Shown here one piece after another: positions 7,693 to 10,310 of a stretch of 10,310 nt of DNA. Under the pieces are notes generated by a model, which saw only the letters and a program-made list of their open reading frames with translations, was not told where the DNA came from and searched no databases. The translations under genes and the position numbers were made by a program. The DNA comes from a virus, in the UHGV virus genome UHGV-0393150; one strand, given 5' to 3'. How positions within the stretch are numbered: the first letter of the stretch is position 1; every line of letters starts with the position of its first letter.

Positions 7693-7914
7693 ATGGCAAA
7701 AAATAATGCAGTAATACACGTACATACCCCGTTTGTGCTCACGCTTCCCGACGGTTCGCGGCGCGAGTTTGTTAAAGGCCGTCATGCTGTGGAGGAAGAC
7801 GTTGCCACGCACTGGTTCACTCGTGCGCACGCGGAAGTATCCGTTGGCAAAGCCACAGACGCGCGTAACGAGGTAAAAAATGCCAAAGAATCAAAGTCTG
7901 CCAGCGGTAAGTGA
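7693..7914 (+). CDS. Hypothetical small protein (73 aa) between capsid and connector genes
   Basis: AAGGA lies 7 nt upstream of the ATG. The ORF overlaps the next gene by 35 nt. Its C-terminus is lysine-rich. I recognise no motif. Confidence 0.45.
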   Translation: MAKNNAVIHVHTPFVLTLPDGSRREFVKGRHAVEEDVATHWFTRAHAEVSVGKATDARNEVKNAKESKSASGK

Positions 7915-8287
7915 TTTTCGCCGCGACTTCCCGCAGTTTGCTGACCCTGCCAAATATCCCGAAGCGCAAATCCAGTTTCGTCTGAATCTGGCCGATGAAC
8001 TGCTGAGCGAAAACGTCACCGGGAAAAAGTTGTTTCCGTACTTTGCCGGGTTGTTCGTTGCGCACTACATGACGCTCTGGGCGGCAGACAGCCGGGCGAT
8101 GCTGGCTGGTGGTCCGGGCGGTTCAACCAATGGTGTTCAGTCCTCAAAGTCCGTGGATAAGGTAAGCGTCAGTTATGACACCAGCGCGACGCTGAATCCT
8201 GATGCAGGTTTCTGGAATAACACCCGATATGGCGCTGAATTTTATCAGCTGATCACGATGTTCGGTGCGGGCGGTCGCCAGCTATGA
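7880..8287 (+). CDS. Putative head-tail adaptor / head completion protein
   Basis: 135 aa, GAGGT 5 nt upstream of the ATG. Function assigned by size and position after the capsid gene. Confidence 0.5.
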   Translation: MPKNQSLPAVSDFRRDFPQFADPAKYPEAQIQFRLNLADELLSENVTGKKLFPYFAGLFVAHYMTLWAADSRAMLAGGPGGSTNGVQSSKSVDKVSVSYDTSATLNPDAGFWNNTRYGAEFYQLITMFGAGGRQL

Positions 8288-8838
8288 GTTTCAAAAGTGG
8301 TGTAACAACGAGGGTTGATAACGCTCAGGCCATTCTGGATGCGCTCCGGTCGCTAACCAAAAAGGATGTGCTGGTGGGCATCCCGGAAGAAGACAGCGAG
8401 CGTGAGGATGTTCCGTTTGGTAATGCCGGGATCGGTTACGTCAACGAATACGGCTCGCCAGCGCAAAACATCCCCCCACGCCCGCACCTGACCCCAGGCG
8501 TTAAATCGGTAGAGGGACAGACAGTGCCGCAGCTCAAAGCAGCGGCGCAGGCTGCGCTTGATGGTAATGCGTCGGGTGCGGAAAGAGCGCTCAACCGTGC
8601 CGGAACGCTGGCCGCTAATGGCGTCAGGCGTTACATGACTATTACCGGCTTTACGCCGCTTGCTGACAGCACTGTTGAAGCCCGCGCACGTCGAGGGCGC
8701 AAAGGGGCGAAAGCTGAGCTTGCCCGACGCGCTGCTGGCGAGTCACCCGGAACCGATCTGGTGAAACCGCTAATTGACACCGGACAGTACCGCAGAGCTA
8801 TTACCCATGTAGTGAGGGATAAAGATGCCGACTCTTGA
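8284..8838 (+). CDS. Putative head-tail joining protein (HK97 gp10-like, tentative)
   Basis: 184 aa, ATGA start/stop overlap with the upstream gene. The C-terminal motif DTGQYRRAI resembles the DTG.LR.SI-type motif I recall from HK97 gp10-family proteins. Unverified. Confidence 0.45.
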   Translation: MSFKSGVTTRVDNAQAILDALRSLTKKDVLVGIPEEDSEREDVPFGNAGIGYVNEYGSPAQNIPPRPHLTPGVKSVEGQTVPQLKAAAQAALDGNASGAERALNRAGTLAANGVRRYMTITGFTPLADSTVEARARRGRKGAKAELARRAAGESPGTDLVKPLIDTGQYRRAITHVVRDKDADS

Positions 8839-9214
8839 TGTAACAGACGTGCTTTTTGACCCCGATTTTTGCGACTTCAACCTGTGGGTAACGCGCCGAG
8901 TGCAAACGGTGGATGAGGACGGGATCGGCAGCGACAGTAAAGTTAAAAAGCAGTTTGCCGGAGTCGTAACTGTTGATCGCTCTCTGGAAAACCGCCGTAT
9001 GCAGGCAGGGCAGGTAATCAGTGGTGCAATTCTGATTGTGACGACTGAGCGACTGACGCAGGGACAGACTGGCCGTGATGCCGATATCGTGACGTATCAG
9101 GGCCGTGATTATCGTGTGACCTTCGTCGACCCGTATACAGCTTATGGGGCCGGATTCGTTCAGGCGCATTGTGAGTTGATGCCGTTTGATGGGGGAACTC
9201 CGGTTGAGCAATAA
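8825..9214 (+). CDS. Hypothetical virion structural / neck protein
   Basis: 129 aa, GAGGG 6 nt upstream of the ATG, overlaps the upstream gene by 14 nt. Function assigned by position only. Confidence 0.45.
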   Translation: MPTLDVTDVLFDPDFCDFNLWVTRRVQTVDEDGIGSDSKVKKQFAGVVTVDRSLENRRMQAGQVISGAILIVTTERLTQGQTGRDADIVTYQGRDYRVTFVDPYTAYGAGFVQAHCELMPFDGGTPVEQ

Positions 9215-9752
9215 CACCAGTACAGAGCGCGGATGGTTAATACCAACCAGTGGCGATCCGGATTATGACGAAGCGCTCGACAGGCTGTTAAGCCAGTGGA
9301 TGCGTAACGTTTCCGGTCTGTCTGCCGGGATGGTTCGCCCGCGCTGGCAGAAAGAGCAGCCGCCACTGCTACCGGTTGAAACGAACTGGTGTGCGTTTGG
9401 GGTTATCGGATGGTCAGGTGATGACAGTCCGGCATTCACCGGACAGACCGATGATGGCTCTCAGCTCTGGCGGCATGAAACGATTGAGTGTATGGCTTCG
9501 TTTTATGGTCCGGAGGGGATGGTGTATGCGTCCCGGTTTCGTGACGGTATATCTGTACCGCAGAACAATGCAGCACTGAATGCGCTGGGGCTGTCTCTTG
9601 GCGATTACACAGGTCTGACTCCCTTCCCTGAACTTATTAATCAGCAATGGGTCCGCCGCTACGATATGACGGTGCGTCTGCGCCGGAAGGTTGTGCGCGA
9701 GTACGGTATTAAATCGCTGGTGGAAGCACCAGTCATCTTTTTCGGAGATTAA
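9189..9752 (+). CDS. Hypothetical virion structural protein (possible tail completion or neck protein)
   Basis: ORF of about 187 aa. Start is uncertain: TTG 9186 or ATG 9189, neither with a clear ribosome-binding site, and an internal ATG at 9300. Overlaps the upstream gene. Confidence 0.4.
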   Translation: MGELRLSNNTSTERGWLIPTSGDPDYDEALDRLLSQWMRNVSGLSAGMVRPRWQKEQPPLLPVETNWCAFGVIGWSGDDSPAFTGQTDDGSQLWRHETIECMASFYGPEGMVYASRFRDGISVPQNNAALNALGLSLGDYTGLTPFPELINQQWVRRYDMTVRLRRKVVREYGIKSLVEAPVIFFGD

Positions 9753-9755
9753 GCT

Positions 9756-10310
9756 ATGGCACAGGGCTTGCCTGTATCAAACGTTGTTAATGTTGATGTG
9801 ATCATGTCGCCGCGTGCAGCATCAGGGCGAAATTTTGGTGCATTACTCATTCTCGGCCCGTCCACAATCATTCCGGTAAGTGAGCGCATTCGTCGTTATT
9901 CTGCCGCGGAAGATATTGGAAAAGATTTTGGCGTGGAATCACCAGAATATAAAGCTGCGCAGGTGTTTTTCTCACAATCACCGAAACCTCAGGAGGTTTT
10001 TGTTGGTCGTTGGGTGAAAACGAAGGGAGACAGCGAACAGGCCACGACTGAGACGCTGGAGCAGGCTGTGAATGCCATGCTTGATTATACTTCATGGTAT
10101 GGGCTGGGGATTGCAGACGATGCAGATATTCCGGATGCAGACTGGCTGAAAGTGGCTGCGGCGATCGAATCCTCTTCTGTAAGCCGTATTCTGGCGATTA
10201 CGACAAGCGATGAGAAATGCCTGCAGACTGCATCCAGCGATGATTTGGCATCAAAACTGAAAACCGCCGGATATTCACGCAGTTTTATTCAATATTCATC
10301 GGGTAATAAA
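9756..10310 (+). CDS. 5' part of a putative major tail protein (tail sheath-like); continues beyond the window
   Basis: ATG 9756 with GGAG 8 nt upstream. The frame stays open for 185 codons to the window edge, so the six-frame track does not list it. The N-terminus MAQGLPVSNVVNVDVIMSPRAASGRNFGALLILG is reminiscent of phage sheath-like structural proteins as I recall them. Unverified. Confidence 0.45.
   Translation, partial: MAQGLPVSNVVNVDVIMSPRAASGRNFGALLILGPSTIIPVSERIRRYSAAEDIGKDFGVESPEYKAAQVFFSQSPKPQEVFVGRWVKTKGDSEQATTETLEQAVNAMLDYTSWYGLGIADDADIPDADWLKVAAAIESSSVSRILAITTSDEKCLQTASSDDLASKLKTAGYSRSFIQYSSGNK

Noticed and set aside
8801-9217. Minus-strand ORF (138 aa) antisense to the 129-aa structural gene
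   Set aside because: Fully contained in a + strand gene within a coupled operon, with no independent signals.
1-10310. Defence or anti-defence system, CRISPR array, tRNA, rRNA, integrase, transposase
   Set aside because: No repeat-spacer periodicity, no tRNA-like structure noticed, and every sizeable ORF is accounted for by packaging or structural roles. I see nothing supporting a novel system beyond the observations listed.

Overview
This window reads as one co-directional (+ strand) phage or prophage late-gene module for DNA packaging and head morphogenesis, and I found no defence system, CRISPR array, tRNA, rRNA, integrase or transposase in it. The gene order is: HNH endonuclease, terminase small subunit (TerS), terminase large subunit (TerL), portal, MuF-like minor head protein, putative protease/scaffold with an acidic TGD-repeat linker, small structural protein, major capsid protein, then a run of small head-completion and neck proteins, ending in the 5' part of a likely major tail protein that runs off the window. 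Genes are tightly packed with several stop/start overlaps, and a 183-nt leader upstream carries two tandem hairpins, the first with the form of an intrinsic terminator. Codon usage and roughly 50% GC fit an enterobacterial temperate phage, but this is inference. All family names come from motif recall and gene order, not from searches. The most interesting observation is that the first ~11 codons of the HNH gene resemble the TerS N-terminus found 500 nt downstream, which suggests a homing-endonuclease insertion into the 5' end of terS. Other points worth checking are the tandem hairpins as a possible packaging/cos or antitermination region, an unusually long portal/MuF overlap, an 8-bp GC hairpin right after the capsid gene, and a 73-aa ORF of unknown function.
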